Shown here in pieces: positions 26,584 through 49,610 of a stretch of DNA of 64,000 nucleotides (positions within the stretch are counted from its first letter, which is position 1; every line of letters starts with the position of its first letter). A program made the translations under genes and the position numbers. Location of the stretch: contig CAWKKR010000007.1 of assembly GCA_963850305.1 (NCBI GenBank), positions 928,001-992,000 of the forward strand, read 5' to 3'. The DNA is from an uncultured delta proteobacterium (GTDB lineage Bacteria > Myxococcota_A > Polyangia > Polyangiales > Polyangiaceae). The notes under the pieces were generated by a model. The model was not told the origin of the DNA, searched no databases, and saw only the letters and a list, made by a program, of their open reading frames with translations.

Positions 26584-27516
26584 ATGAAGAATGAGACCAG
26601 CAAGCGAGTGGCGGTGGTGACCTTGGGGCTCACGATTGCAGCAGGAGCGCTCGGCTGTAGCCGCGATCACATCGAGGCCATCGATATGTCGAACCTCGGC
26701 GATCAATCGCTGAAGGTGAACGTCGATGGCGCGATCGAAAAGTACGAAGAAGCGACGCGTCTCGACCCGACGAACCACCTGATCTTCGCGAAGCTCGCCA
26801 ACGCGTACCAGAAGAAAGAAGACTGGGACAAGATGGCGTCTACGCTGGCGCATGCGTCGCAGGTGGCGCCGGACTTTGCGAACTATTCTTACAAGCGTGG
26901 TTACGCGCTGATGCAAAAAGCGGCCGCGGGGAACCCCGACGCCTACGAGGAAGCCAAGCAGCCGCTCCAGAAGTGCATCGCGACGGATCCGAACTTCGCG
27001 GAGTGCTACCACGAGCTCGGCACCGCGAATCTCTGGACGGACAATCCCCAGGCCGCGCTAGAGAACTGGACGAAGGCGATCGAGCACGATCCGAACGTCG
27101 GGTATTTCTATCCGCCCCTCGCAGAGACCCTGATCTCGTTCAAGCTGTACGATCAAGCGGAGGGCGTGTTGAAGGAAGGGACGCGGATCATCCAGCCCAC
27201 GGATGATCACAACAAGAACGACCTGTACGGGATGTACGTACTCCTCTCGATGGTGCACCAGGCGCGAGGTGACAAGGAAGCCATGGTGAGCGATCTCGAG
27301 AAGGCGAACGAAATCGACGGAGAGAAGAATCCGGAGATCGGTTTCAATCTGGGAAGCACGTACGCCGTCATGAACCCGCCTCGGAAAGAGAAGGCGGTTC
27401 AGCTCCTCAAAACGTTCACGAAGCGCGTCTGCAAGGGTGCGGAAGCGGCGAAGAAATTCCAGGATCAGTGCGCCACCGCCAACGACTTGATTCAGAAGCT
27501 CGGCGGCACGGAGTGA
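26584..27516 (+). CDS. TPR lipoprotein (310 aa)
   Basis: MKNETSKRVAVVTLGLTIAAGALGC lipobox followed by consecutive TPRs (AIEKYEEATRLDP, ALENWTKAIEHDP). Confidence 0.85.
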   Translation: MKNETSKRVAVVTLGLTIAAGALGCSRDHIEAIDMSNLGDQSLKVNVDGAIEKYEEATRLDPTNHLIFAKLANAYQKKEDWDKMASTLAHASQVAPDFANYSYKRGYALMQKAAAGNPDAYEEAKQPLQKCIATDPNFAECYHELGTANLWTDNPQAALENWTKAIEHDPNVGYFYPPLAETLISFKLYDQAEGVLKEGTRIIQPTDDHNKNDLYGMYVLLSMVHQARGDKEAMVSDLEKANEIDGEKNPEIGFNLGSTYAVMNPPRKEKAVQLLKTFTKRVCKGAEAAKKFQDQCATANDLIQKLGGTE

Positions 27517-27616
27517 CCGGCAAAGGACGCCTTCGTTCCTCGTTCTCGGGGCAGCACGATGCCACCCCGTCTCCGCGGGCGCGGCGTCCACGGCTTTCTA
27601 AGGTGTTCGAGGAAGC

Positions 27617-38911
<11,295 letters not shown>

Positions 38912-38954
38912 GCCTCGTGATGCAGCGCACAGGGCCGGAAAGGCCGCGCGTGGG

Positions 38955-39758
38955 TCATTTGCCCGGGCTGTCGAAGACGATACGGCCCCCGATGACGAAG
39001 TGCGCGTTGACGGCCTTCGTCTCGAGAGGGATGCGACTGGAACCCGTGAAGGTGCCGAGGGCGAGTTCTACGATAGGCCCGAATCCGAGCTGAGAGGCCG
39101 CGTACCAGTCCCCCCCTATCTGGAAACGTGCCCAATCGATTCCAGTCAACGACGCCTCCCCGTCGCCGGTGCGGCGGAAGCCGACTCCGGCGGCGAGCCA
39201 TGGATCGAACCGGACGCCCTGCACCAGATGATAACGAACCATGGCCCCGGCGGCGATCGAGGTGAAGTCCTTGCCTCGAGCGTCATTCTTGCCGGCTGGC
39301 ATCGCCACCTCGGCGTAGGCGCCTATCCCGACAGCGCGGCTCACGCCGTACAAGGCGTCGCCGGCCAGCCATAACCCAGGCCCGATCAGATCGCTCTGCG
39401 CATTGCCGCCAGAGACCAGACCGAACGGGACGATGAGCCCCACATTCGCGCCCAGGACAAGGTGACCGCCGATGGTGTCACGGGCGGGCCGCACGGAATC
39501 GTCGGAGTCGCTCGGAAGGATAACGGGCTTCGGCGGCGTGGGCGTGACCCCAGGGGGTGCCTTTGCCGGGATCGCGCTGGTGGTGGGGGCTGGCGCGGGA
39601 GTCGTCTCGGTCTCCGGGGTACTCGGGACGTCCGGCGGGGACGCACCTTCGGAAGAAGACCCGTCCTTCGGTACGGGTGGAGGTGGCATTTCGCCGTAAG
39701 CGACGCTCGGCAACAGCGAAATTGAAAGGAGGAGCGTGAGACCGGTCGATCGACGCAT
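38955..39758 (-). CDS. Putative outer-membrane beta-barrel protein with Pro-rich N-terminal linker
   Basis: ATG 39758 gives signal peptide MRRSTGLTLLLSISLLPSVAYG, Pro/Thr linker and amphipathic strands (FDPWLAAGVGF, FVIGGRIVFD). Confidence 0.65.
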   Translation of the reverse strand: MRRSTGLTLLLSISLLPSVAYGEMPPPPVPKDGSSSEGASPPDVPSTPETETTPAPAPTTSAIPAKAPPGVTPTPPKPVILPSDSDDSVRPARDTIGGHLVLGANVGLIVPFGLVSGGNAQSDLIGPGLWLAGDALYGVSRAVGIGAYAEVAMPAGKNDARGKDFTSIAAGAMVRYHLVQGVRFDPWLAAGVGFRRTGDGEASLTGIDWARFQIGGDWYAASQLGFGPIVELALGTFTGSSRIPLETKAVNAHFVIGGRIVFDSPGK

Positions 39759-39838
39759 CGAGGCTCCTGTTACCACACACGGATCCAGGAAAGCCCGCAA
39801 CTCGTCGCTGGTTGGGCCGATCCGTCGAGCGAGGATCA

Positions 39839-41140
39839 ATGGACGAAGAATCGGCGCCATCGTGGCCCGCCCCGCCGTCGGGGCCCACGCTCGAGCTCGA
39901 GCATCCGCCGGCACGCGGGCCGTGGAGCGTTGAAATTGGGTCGCCGTCCAGCTGCCACGTCGTAGCCCTGAAGCCGGGGTATCCGCTCGTTCTGGGGAGC
40001 GGCGCGGCGGCGGACGTCCGGGTCGATGATCGGACGGTGAGCGCTTGCCACGTGAGGTTGGAGGCTGCCGCGGATGGCGTGGCGGTAGCGGACTTAGGTT
40101 CGAAGAATGGCGTTTACTTCGGAGGAGCGCGCGCGTCCGGCGCGTGGCTCGCTGGAACGCCGTCTTGCTTCGTGGTGGGACGGACGACCGTCACTGTCCG
40201 GATGCTCGCCGACGGGGGCAACGTAATGGTCGCGGGCGAACCCATTCCGGGCCTGGTCGGTGGATCGCTGCCGATGCGACGGCTGGCTGGCGAGATCCGG
40301 CGGTGCGCCGGCCTCCGCGCTCCCGTGCTCCTCCTGGGCGAATCTGGGTCGGGGAAGGACGTGGTAGCGCGCGCCATTCACCGACTTGGGCGGCGAGAAG
40401 GCCCGTACGTGCCGTTGAACGTCGGAGCGGTACCCGAGACGCTGGCCGACGCCGAGTTGTTCGGTCATCAGAGGGGCGCGTTCACCGGCGCGGTCGCTGC
40501 GCGACCGGGCGCGTTTGAAGCCGCGCATCGTGGCACGTTGTTCCTCGACGAGATTGCAGATCTTCCGCCCGGCATCCAGGTGAAGCTCCTGCGAGTCGTG
40601 GAAGATCGGATGGTGCGGCCGCTCGGCAGCGCACGTGCGATCGAGGTCGACGTGCGCGTGCTGTCCGCGACGTGGGCGCCGCTCGAAGAGCGGGTCGCAG
40701 CCGGGCGTTTCCGTGCGGACCTCTACCACCGCATCTCGACGTTCGTGCTGCACGTGCCGCCCCTCCGGTCGAGGAAGAGCGACATTCCGTTGCTCGCGCG
40801 GGCGATCCTCTCGCGCATGCGCGACGACGTCGGTCCAAAGGAGCTGGGCAGCGGAGCACTAGCCCGTCTCGTCGAGCACTCGTGGCCCGGGAACGTGCGC
40901 GAACTCGGCAGCGTCCTCTATCGCGCCGCTGTCGCGGCGGACGGCGGGCTCATCACCGCCGATTGCGTAAATGCCGCGCTGAGTTCCACCGTCAAAGCGC
41001 GCCCACGTCCGCTCTCACGCGACGAGGCGCAAGCGTTGCTCGGGGAGCTCAATGGGAACGTCAGCGGTGCGGCGCGCGCCGCGGGTGTCCCAAGGAGCAC
41101 CTTCCGCTTCTGGCTGGAAAAACCTCGAAGTCAGAACTGA
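39839..41140 (+). CDS. FHA-domain sigma54-dependent enhancer-binding protein (Fis-type HTH)
   Basis: GAGGA RBS, FHA (VSACH, DLGSKNG), GESGSGKD, GAFTGA, FLDEI, FRADLYHRI, WPGNVREL and HTH GNVSGAARAAG. Confidence 0.92.
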   Translation: MDEESAPSWPAPPSGPTLELEHPPARGPWSVEIGSPSSCHVVALKPGYPLVLGSGAAADVRVDDRTVSACHVRLEAAADGVAVADLGSKNGVYFGGARASGAWLAGTPSCFVVGRTTVTVRMLADGGNVMVAGEPIPGLVGGSLPMRRLAGEIRRCAGLRAPVLLLGESGSGKDVVARAIHRLGRREGPYVPLNVGAVPETLADAELFGHQRGAFTGAVAARPGAFEAAHRGTLFLDEIADLPPGIQVKLLRVVEDRMVRPLGSARAIEVDVRVLSATWAPLEERVAAGRFRADLYHRISTFVLHVPPLRSRKSDIPLLARAILSRMRDDVGPKELGSGALARLVEHSWPGNVRELGSVLYRAAVAADGGLITADCVNAALSSTVKARPRPLSRDEAQALLGELNGNVSGAARAAGVPRSTFRFWLEKPRSQN

Positions 41141-42366
41141 CCGACGACGTCGAGCCCGCTCGAGCCGGGCGCAGCCCACGGCATCAGCCGTGCTTCGAAT
41201 GTCTTGCCGGGCACAGCGGCGGTCTTTTCTGAACCCGAATCGACGAAGTAATACACGACCGTGCCGATGATCGCGGCCCCGCCGACGATCCCGCTGACGA
41301 TCGCGAGCGTCTTCTCCGTATCTCCAGAGTTCGCATGGTCCTGGAAGTCCTTACAGGTCTCCTGATACGCGCTGACCCGGGGTCCCGGAAGGATGCGCGC
41401 CCCGTCCGATGGCAAGCTGCAGGGCCCGTTGGATTGCGGGTTGTAGTTCGCGTCGTTCGCGAAGGCGTTCACGTCGCCGGCCATGGCGGGTGTGCCGTAC
41501 CAATAGTTTTTCAGGTTCGTCTTGTCCTGGTTCGCGACCGAGTAACTCCGATTCGAGAGAAGCCCAAAGGTCACGCTTCCACCGATGCCGAGTGCCCCGA
41601 CGGCCACACCGCCAATCGCGACGGGATGCTGTCCGAGCCATTTGAAGAATGGGGGGCGGTGGTTCTCCGGGGTGGGTTCGGGCGCAGCCTCTTCGGATGC
41701 GGCTTGCTCCTCGGGTGGAGGTGCGGGTTTTTCCTCGGCGGGCGCTGCTTCCGGCGTCTCCTGGAGCTCGGTGTGCTCCGCAGGTACCGGCGCAGTCGAT
41801 GGCGGACGCAGATTCAGATTCACCGAGGTGGTTTGACCCGCGCTCGTCGTGACGGATTTCGTCGCGTGGCGATCTGTCATCGTGGCGTCGAACGAGTGTG
41901 TGCCCGGCATCAGGTACAGCGGGGACGTGAGGGGCGCGGTGCCTCTGTCCGCCCCATCGACAGTGAGCTGCGCGCCAGGTGTATCCACCACGACGGTTAC
42001 TTCGGCGACCTTCGACTTTGCGGCGGCGAAGCCGAGCTCCGTCTCCTGCTTATCCGTATCGCTCACCGTATTATTGTGGAGATACTCGGAGAAGTGCGTC
42101 GCGGCGTCGTCGGGGTGCCCTGACCGGAGCTCGCTCTGCGCCAGGTTCAGCAGAACCGCCGGATGGGGCTTCAGTGCGTAGGCTTGGCGGAACGAGAGCC
42201 GCGCCTTGTCGTATTCGCGCTGGTCGTAAAACTGCACGCCTTCACGGAAGCGTTGGCGCGCCATCTCCACGGTTTCCGGATCCTGGGCATGAGCCCCGCG
42301 CGGAACGCTAACGCCAAGAGCAAGGCCGGCGGCCAGAAGGAGCCGGGCGGCGTGACGGGGAATCAT
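41131..42366 (-). CDS. Exported TPR + PEGA domain protein with C-terminal hydrophobic segments
   Basis: Signal peptide (AHA-Q), TPR (ARQRFREGVQFY...VLLNLAQSE), PEGA (VDTPGAQLTVDG...PLYLMPGTH), two Gly-rich hydrophobic helices, ends GLDVVGQF. Confidence 0.85.
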   Translation of the reverse strand: MIPRHAARLLLAAGLALGVSVPRGAHAQDPETVEMARQRFREGVQFYDQREYDKARLSFRQAYALKPHPAVLLNLAQSELRSGHPDDAATHFSEYLHNNTVSDTDKQETELGFAAAKSKVAEVTVVVDTPGAQLTVDGADRGTAPLTSPLYLMPGTHSFDATMTDRHATKSVTTSAGQTTSVNLNLRPPSTAPVPAEHTELQETPEAAPAEEKPAPPPEEQAASEEAAPEPTPENHRPPFFKWLGQHPVAIGGVAVGALGIGGSVTFGLLSNRSYSVANQDKTNLKNYWYGTPAMAGDVNAFANDANYNPQSNGPCSLPSDGARILPGPRVSAYQETCKDFQDHANSGDTEKTLAIVSGIVGGAAIIGTVVYYFVDSGSEKTAAVPGKTFEARLMPWAAPGSSGLDVVGQF

Positions 42367-42420
42367 CCAAGGCCTCGTGTCTGCAAGGGAAAGAGTGCCA
42401 ACTTGGTTTCCGTTCGGGGG

Positions 42421-43356
42421 CTAGAAGGGACTCTCCCGGACTATAGTCCCACCGCTTCCCGCGGGGGTAGAAGACGGCGGATGGGCGGTGGTCGCGTGAT
42501 GCGCCGGGTGTTCCACGGTGTGCCTCTCGACGCGGGCAGCCCGCGCGGGTGGGAGGTGGTGCCTCTCGTTCTCGGGCCGTTTCGCGGCGGCGGCCGCTGT
42601 TTCGTCGTCAAGCTTCGCTGTTTCGGCTGTTTCGGCGGTCTCGGCAGCGGTTGGTTCGGCGGTAACGGAGGGTGGGGGGGGCGTAGGTGCTGGCGCGGGC
42701 AGGGCCGTTTCCGGGAGCGGTGGAGGCGCAGGAGCCGCGGCAGTCTGCGCAGGAGGCTGCGTCACGACTGGTGCCACGGTCTCCGTTCGTGGAGCAGGGG
42801 TCGACGCGCTGTCGGCGGGTCGTAATGCCGTCCTCGCAACGCCGGCGACAATCAGTCCTGCAGCGACGCCGACCACCCCGAACACCACGCCGCGTCCACG
42901 ACCCGACGCGCGGCGGCTGCGAGGTGGCTCCGTTCGGCGCGCCGCGATCGGCTCCTCTTCCTCGAACGCGAGGACATTCGGGGCGAGACCGGGTCGCGCG
43001 CGGTTTGCGCCGCTGGGGGTCTGGACGGGTTCTACTTCGACGGACGAGGCGGGTGCGACCGAGTGAAGGCTTTTCTCCGGCGAGACCAGGGGACGGGGCG
43101 GCGCGTATTGCGCTGCGACATCCGGTGTCAGTTCGCGAGCGGGCGCGGGCGCCCGAGCCGGCGGAGGGGCAGGCTCGATCGTGACGGGAGGCGGCGCGAC
43201 GAGCACCGGAGGCGCCGCTGGAGCGACCGCCGCCTCCGCAAAGGCGGGCTCATCCCACATCGCGGTGAACTGGCTCGCGAGGCGGTCCGCGTCATCGAGT
43301 GACAGCGGCGGCGCGCTCGGCTGCTTTTCATTCCCAGGCTGGTCGTTCCCGGCCAT
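42421..43356 (-). CDS. Pro/Ala-rich bitopic membrane protein ending in GTIVRESPF
   Basis: Low-complexity cytoplasmic part, TM VVFGVVGVAAGLIVAGVA and Pro-rich extracytoplasmic tail. Co-oriented upstream of the TPR-PEGA gene. Confidence 0.65.
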   Translation of the reverse strand: MAGNDQPGNEKQPSAPPLSLDDADRLASQFTAMWDEPAFAEAAVAPAAPPVLVAPPPVTIEPAPPPARAPAPARELTPDVAAQYAPPRPLVSPEKSLHSVAPASSVEVEPVQTPSGANRARPGLAPNVLAFEEEEPIAARRTEPPRSRRASGRGRGVVFGVVGVAAGLIVAGVARTALRPADSASTPAPRTETVAPVVTQPPAQTAAAPAPPPLPETALPAPAPTPPPPSVTAEPTAAETAETAETAKLDDETAAAAAKRPENERHHLPPARAARVERHTVEHPAHHATTAHPPSSTPAGSGGTIVRESPF

Positions 43357-43447
43357 TTGTCGCTCGGTAGCTCTCTTGGGTTACCGAGAATATTATGGGT
43401 AGGCTAGCACTCGCCGCGTGGCCGGCGCAACGACAGGGCCGCGCGAG

Positions 43448-45109
43448 ATGGTGCAAACTTTCAGGTTTTTGTCCCTCGCCGTCCGCTCGCGGAAGAGAAA
43501 GCCGCTAGGGCTGCTCGCCGTGAGCGTCGCCCTCGTGGCCTGTTCTGCTGACAGGGACCATCACGCGTCGCCCCGCGGTGCGCCTTCCTCATCATCCGAC
43601 GCGGCGAGTGCGCTTCTCCCTAGCCGCGCGGCCATCGTGGCGCGCGCCGACGCCCTCGCGGTCGAGGGTGCGGACCGCAACGGAGCCGAAGGAGCTCGTC
43701 GGTCCGTGGAGGCGGCGGCGCTTAGGATGCGCGCATACCGGGTGGAGCGGGTCAACGCCGATGCGCTCGAGGCGGAGGAGCTGTACCGCGGTGCCGCCCG
43801 GATCGATTGGTCCGGGGCGTGCGACGCCGAGATCGATCTGGCGCTCGTGGAAGGCGAACTTTCGGCGGATCCCGCGGCGGAATATCGCGCGCTCTATGCG
43901 ACCCGAGCGCGCCGGCGCCCCGCCCCGTGCACGGACCGTATCGATGTAGTGCTGACGACGCTTGCAGCTTTTCAGCCCCCAGCGGACGTTCTTGCCGCCA
44001 TCGATCAGGACGTCCGCGGGCGATCTCCCGCGCAACCGGCCGGCAGCGTCGCGATCATGGAACCCAGGGTGCCCGCCGAACAACCGGCGGCGCCCGCCGA
44101 GATCACCGGCCTGCGGCAATACGGCGGCAGGGACGCTGGTCGAGTCGTCGTGTTCCTCTCGCGACCGACGCGGTTCGAGGTGGGGGACCTCGCCGGGGAC
44201 GCGACGCACGCTCCGCGCGTCTTCATCGACGTCACGCAGACGAAATTCCACGGCGCGCGCGACTTCGAGGGAAGTGGACTCGTGGAGCGCGTACGCCTCG
44301 GTGCGAAGGGGACCTCGACGAGGGTCGTCCTCGATCTGGCCTCTCCCGCGTCGCAGCGCGCCTTCTACTTGCCCGAGCCGTTTCGACTCGTCATCGACGT
44401 CTGGAAAGGCGCATCGCCGTCGTCCGATCGCGGGCCTCCGCGAGTGCGGCGGGTCGTGCTCGATCCGGGTCATGGCGGGCGCGATCCCGGGGCACTCGGG
44501 CCGGACGGACTTCGGGAGAAGGACGTGGTCCTCGACGTCGCCCATCGCGCCGCGCCGCTGCTCGCGCGCGAGCTCGGCATTTCGACGTTGCTCACGCGCG
44601 ACGCCGACGTGTACGTTCCGCTCGATGAGCGCGTCGCTCGGGCGAACGCGTTTTCAGCCGACTTATTCCTGTCGATTCACTGCAACGCCAGCGAGTCTCC
44701 CGGCAGCCGCGGCGTCATGACCTTCGTGCTGGACGCTTCGCGCGACGATCTCGCGTCCCGTGTCGCGGCGCGGGAGAATGCCTCTTCCGCGGAGGCATCG
44801 GCCGAACTCGCGACGGCCATGAGTCAAGTGCTCGACCCCGGCACCCGGTCGCGGTCCAATCATTTCGGGGAGCTCCTGGAACGCGCGTCGCTAGCGTCGC
44901 TGGCGCCGCGCTACCCGGAGATCGTGGATCTGGGCGTGAAGAGCGCGGGATTCTACGTCCTTGCGGGGGCCCGGATGCCCGCGGCCTTGTTCGAGACGTC
45001 CTTCATCTCCAACACCGTCGAGGAACGACGGCTGGATTCCGGGGACTATCGCCAAAAACTCGCCGACGCGATCGTCAACGCGGTTCGCGCGTATCGAGAC
45101 GGTATCTGA
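43448..45109 (+). CDS. N-acetylmuramoyl-L-alanine amidase (AMIN + Amidase_3), probable lipoprotein
   Basis: LVAC lipobox, AMIN-like RVFIDV/RVVLDL/PFRLVIDV, DPGHGG, EKDVVL, SIHCNA and MPAALFETSF. Confidence 0.9.
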   Translation: MVQTFRFLSLAVRSRKRKPLGLLAVSVALVACSADRDHHASPRGAPSSSSDAASALLPSRAAIVARADALAVEGADRNGAEGARRSVEAAALRMRAYRVERVNADALEAEELYRGAARIDWSGACDAEIDLALVEGELSADPAAEYRALYATRARRRPAPCTDRIDVVLTTLAAFQPPADVLAAIDQDVRGRSPAQPAGSVAIMEPRVPAEQPAAPAEITGLRQYGGRDAGRVVVFLSRPTRFEVGDLAGDATHAPRVFIDVTQTKFHGARDFEGSGLVERVRLGAKGTSTRVVLDLASPASQRAFYLPEPFRLVIDVWKGASPSSDRGPPRVRRVVLDPGHGGRDPGALGPDGLREKDVVLDVAHRAAPLLARELGISTLLTRDADVYVPLDERVARANAFSADLFLSIHCNASESPGSRGVMTFVLDASRDDLASRVAARENASSAEASAELATAMSQVLDPGTRSRSNHFGELLERASLASLAPRYPEIVDLGVKSAGFYVLAGARMPAALFETSFISNTVEERRLDSGDYRQKLADAIVNAVRAYRDGI

Positions 45110-45123
45110 CGAACGTTGCCGAC

Positions 45124-45978
45124 TCAGGGACGCCGCGAGACGAACCGGGTACCCACCAAAATGAAGCGCGTAGGACCCTCGGCGTTTTCGGGCACTTCGC
45201 GTGTCGGGTGCAGCGGATCTCCCGGTAACGCGAGGATCGTCTCGCCGGCGTCCTGGACGACGAAGGGGAGTGTCGGAGCTAGAGACCGCGTACGTGCGAT
45301 CGCGAGGGCGGCCTCCACGTCTACCGCGTCCCGAAAAAGTTCGAGGGTGAACGACGTCGGCGGTGCAAGGCGGATCTCGAGCCGCTCCCAGCGCGCGAGG
45401 ATATCCGCCGCTGTCGCCCAGAAGCCCCGCGTCGTTTCGTGTCCATCGTGCGCGCCGTGCTGCCTCGGCGGCGCGGCGAGCAAGTAGAATCGGGTGTCGA
45501 AGCGCCTGGATTCGACGGTGGGCGTGATCCAGCGCGACAGGGCTTGGAGGCGAGCCGTGTCGAGAACGAGGCCTGCCTCCTCGACAGCGGCGCTGAACGG
45601 TTGGCCTCTCTGCCTTGCACGCTGAAGCTCCCGTACCGCACTGTCGTCGAGATCGTCGCCGAGGACGGGGAGCAAGGCGGCCTCCTCGAGCGTTTCGCGC
45701 AGCGCCGCGACGGCGAAAGCCCGCGCGGTCGACGGGTCGTCGGAAAAGTTCCGGGGTCCCCCGCGCAGGGGCGTCGAAAGCGCGTCCCAGCAGGGGTTTC
45801 GGTCGCCGGGGTCCACTTTGCCGCCCGGGAAGACGATTGCTCCGCCCATGAAAGCGGAGCTCGGATGCCGCTCGACGCAGAAAATCTCGACGCGCCCGTT
45901 CCCGTTCCGCATGACCACCACGGTCGCCGCATCGCGTGGTATCGCTTCGGCCGCCCGCTCGTCTTGGTTCGACGGCAT
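45124..45978 (-). CDS. NUDIX hydrolase (NUDT19-like)
   Basis: PRDAATVV, FPGGKVD, AALRETLEEA and RWITP...RRFDTRFY. Confidence 0.88.
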   Translation of the reverse strand: MPSNQDERAAEAIPRDAATVVVMRNGNGRVEIFCVERHPSSAFMGGAIVFPGGKVDPGDRNPCWDALSTPLRGGPRNFSDDPSTARAFAVAALRETLEEAALLPVLGDDLDDSAVRELQRARQRGQPFSAAVEEAGLVLDTARLQALSRWITPTVESRRFDTRFYLLAAPPRQHGAHDGHETTRGFWATAADILARWERLEIRLAPPTSFTLELFRDAVDVEAALAIARTRSLAPTLPFVVQDAGETILALPGDPLHPTREVPENAEGPTRFILVGTRFVSRRP

Positions 45979-46091
45979 CGGGGCCAGGTTACCCGAAGGA
46001 TGGCGGAGCCAGGAGGCCCCCGCCTCCGCGAGGGAAACCGGGCTCGTACTTCCTTTTCGCACCGCGGCGCGCCTCGGCGCGTCCGTCCAGA

Positions 46092-46120
46092 TTGACGCGG
46101 GCCGGGGCGATTCCTATGTT
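46092..46120 (+). promoter_or_regulatory. Candidate sigma70 promoter of the dksA-like gene
   Basis: TTGACG-N17-TATGTT 40 nt upstream of ATG 46161. Confidence 0.6.
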
Positions 46121-46160
46121 GCGAGGCTCCCAAGGGCGTAAAAGAGCGGTCCTTTTCACC

Positions 46161-46523
46161 ATGAACAAAACGCAGCTGAAGAAGTTCAAGAAGCTCCTCG
46201 AGACCAAGCGCTCCGAGATCGTGAAGAAGGCGCAGCAGACCCTCGAGCAGGACATGTCCCTGGACGCGGACGATCTGCCGGACGAGATGGATCTGGCCTC
46301 GAGCGAATATCTGCAAGCGTTCACGTTCCGTCTGCGCGGCCGAGAGAAGACCTTCCTCGACAAGATTCAGAAAGCACTCGAACGGATCGAAGACGGGTCA
46401 TTCGGCGTCTGCGAAGAATGCGGGGAGGAAATTTCTGTCAAGCGACTGGAGGCTCGACCGGAGACCACGCTCTGCATTCGATGCAAAGAGGATCAGGAGC
46501 GGGTCGAGCGCGATTTCGGTTGA
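46161..46523 (+). CDS. dksA: DksA/TraR C4 zinc-finger RNA polymerase-binding factor
   Basis: DEMDLAS (DxxDxA tip), CEECGEEI, RLEARP and LCIRCK; 120 aa. Confidence 0.88.
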   Translation: MNKTQLKKFKKLLETKRSEIVKKAQQTLEQDMSLDADDLPDEMDLASSEYLQAFTFRLRGREKTFLDKIQKALERIEDGSFGVCEECGEEISVKRLEARPETTLCIRCKEDQERVERDFG

Positions 46524-46576
46524 GGGGCAAGCTTGCTCCACGTGGTCCGCTGGTCGGGCGAATCACGAGCAGTCGG

Positions 46577-49480
<2,904 letters not shown>

Positions 49481-49610
49481 TCGGAGTCTGGTAACTTAGC
49501 TGCCAAAGCCGGAACCCAACAAGCGTCACGATGCGACAATCGACCCCGGCCAACTCGAGCCCTTGTCGCGCGAGCTCCCGAAGCTCGAAAATTTTGCGGG
49601 TCGACCCAGG

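Noticed and set aside
49481..49610. LexA/SOS box upstream of uvrA
   Set aside because: No recognisable palindrome or myxobacterial LexA motif was seen.
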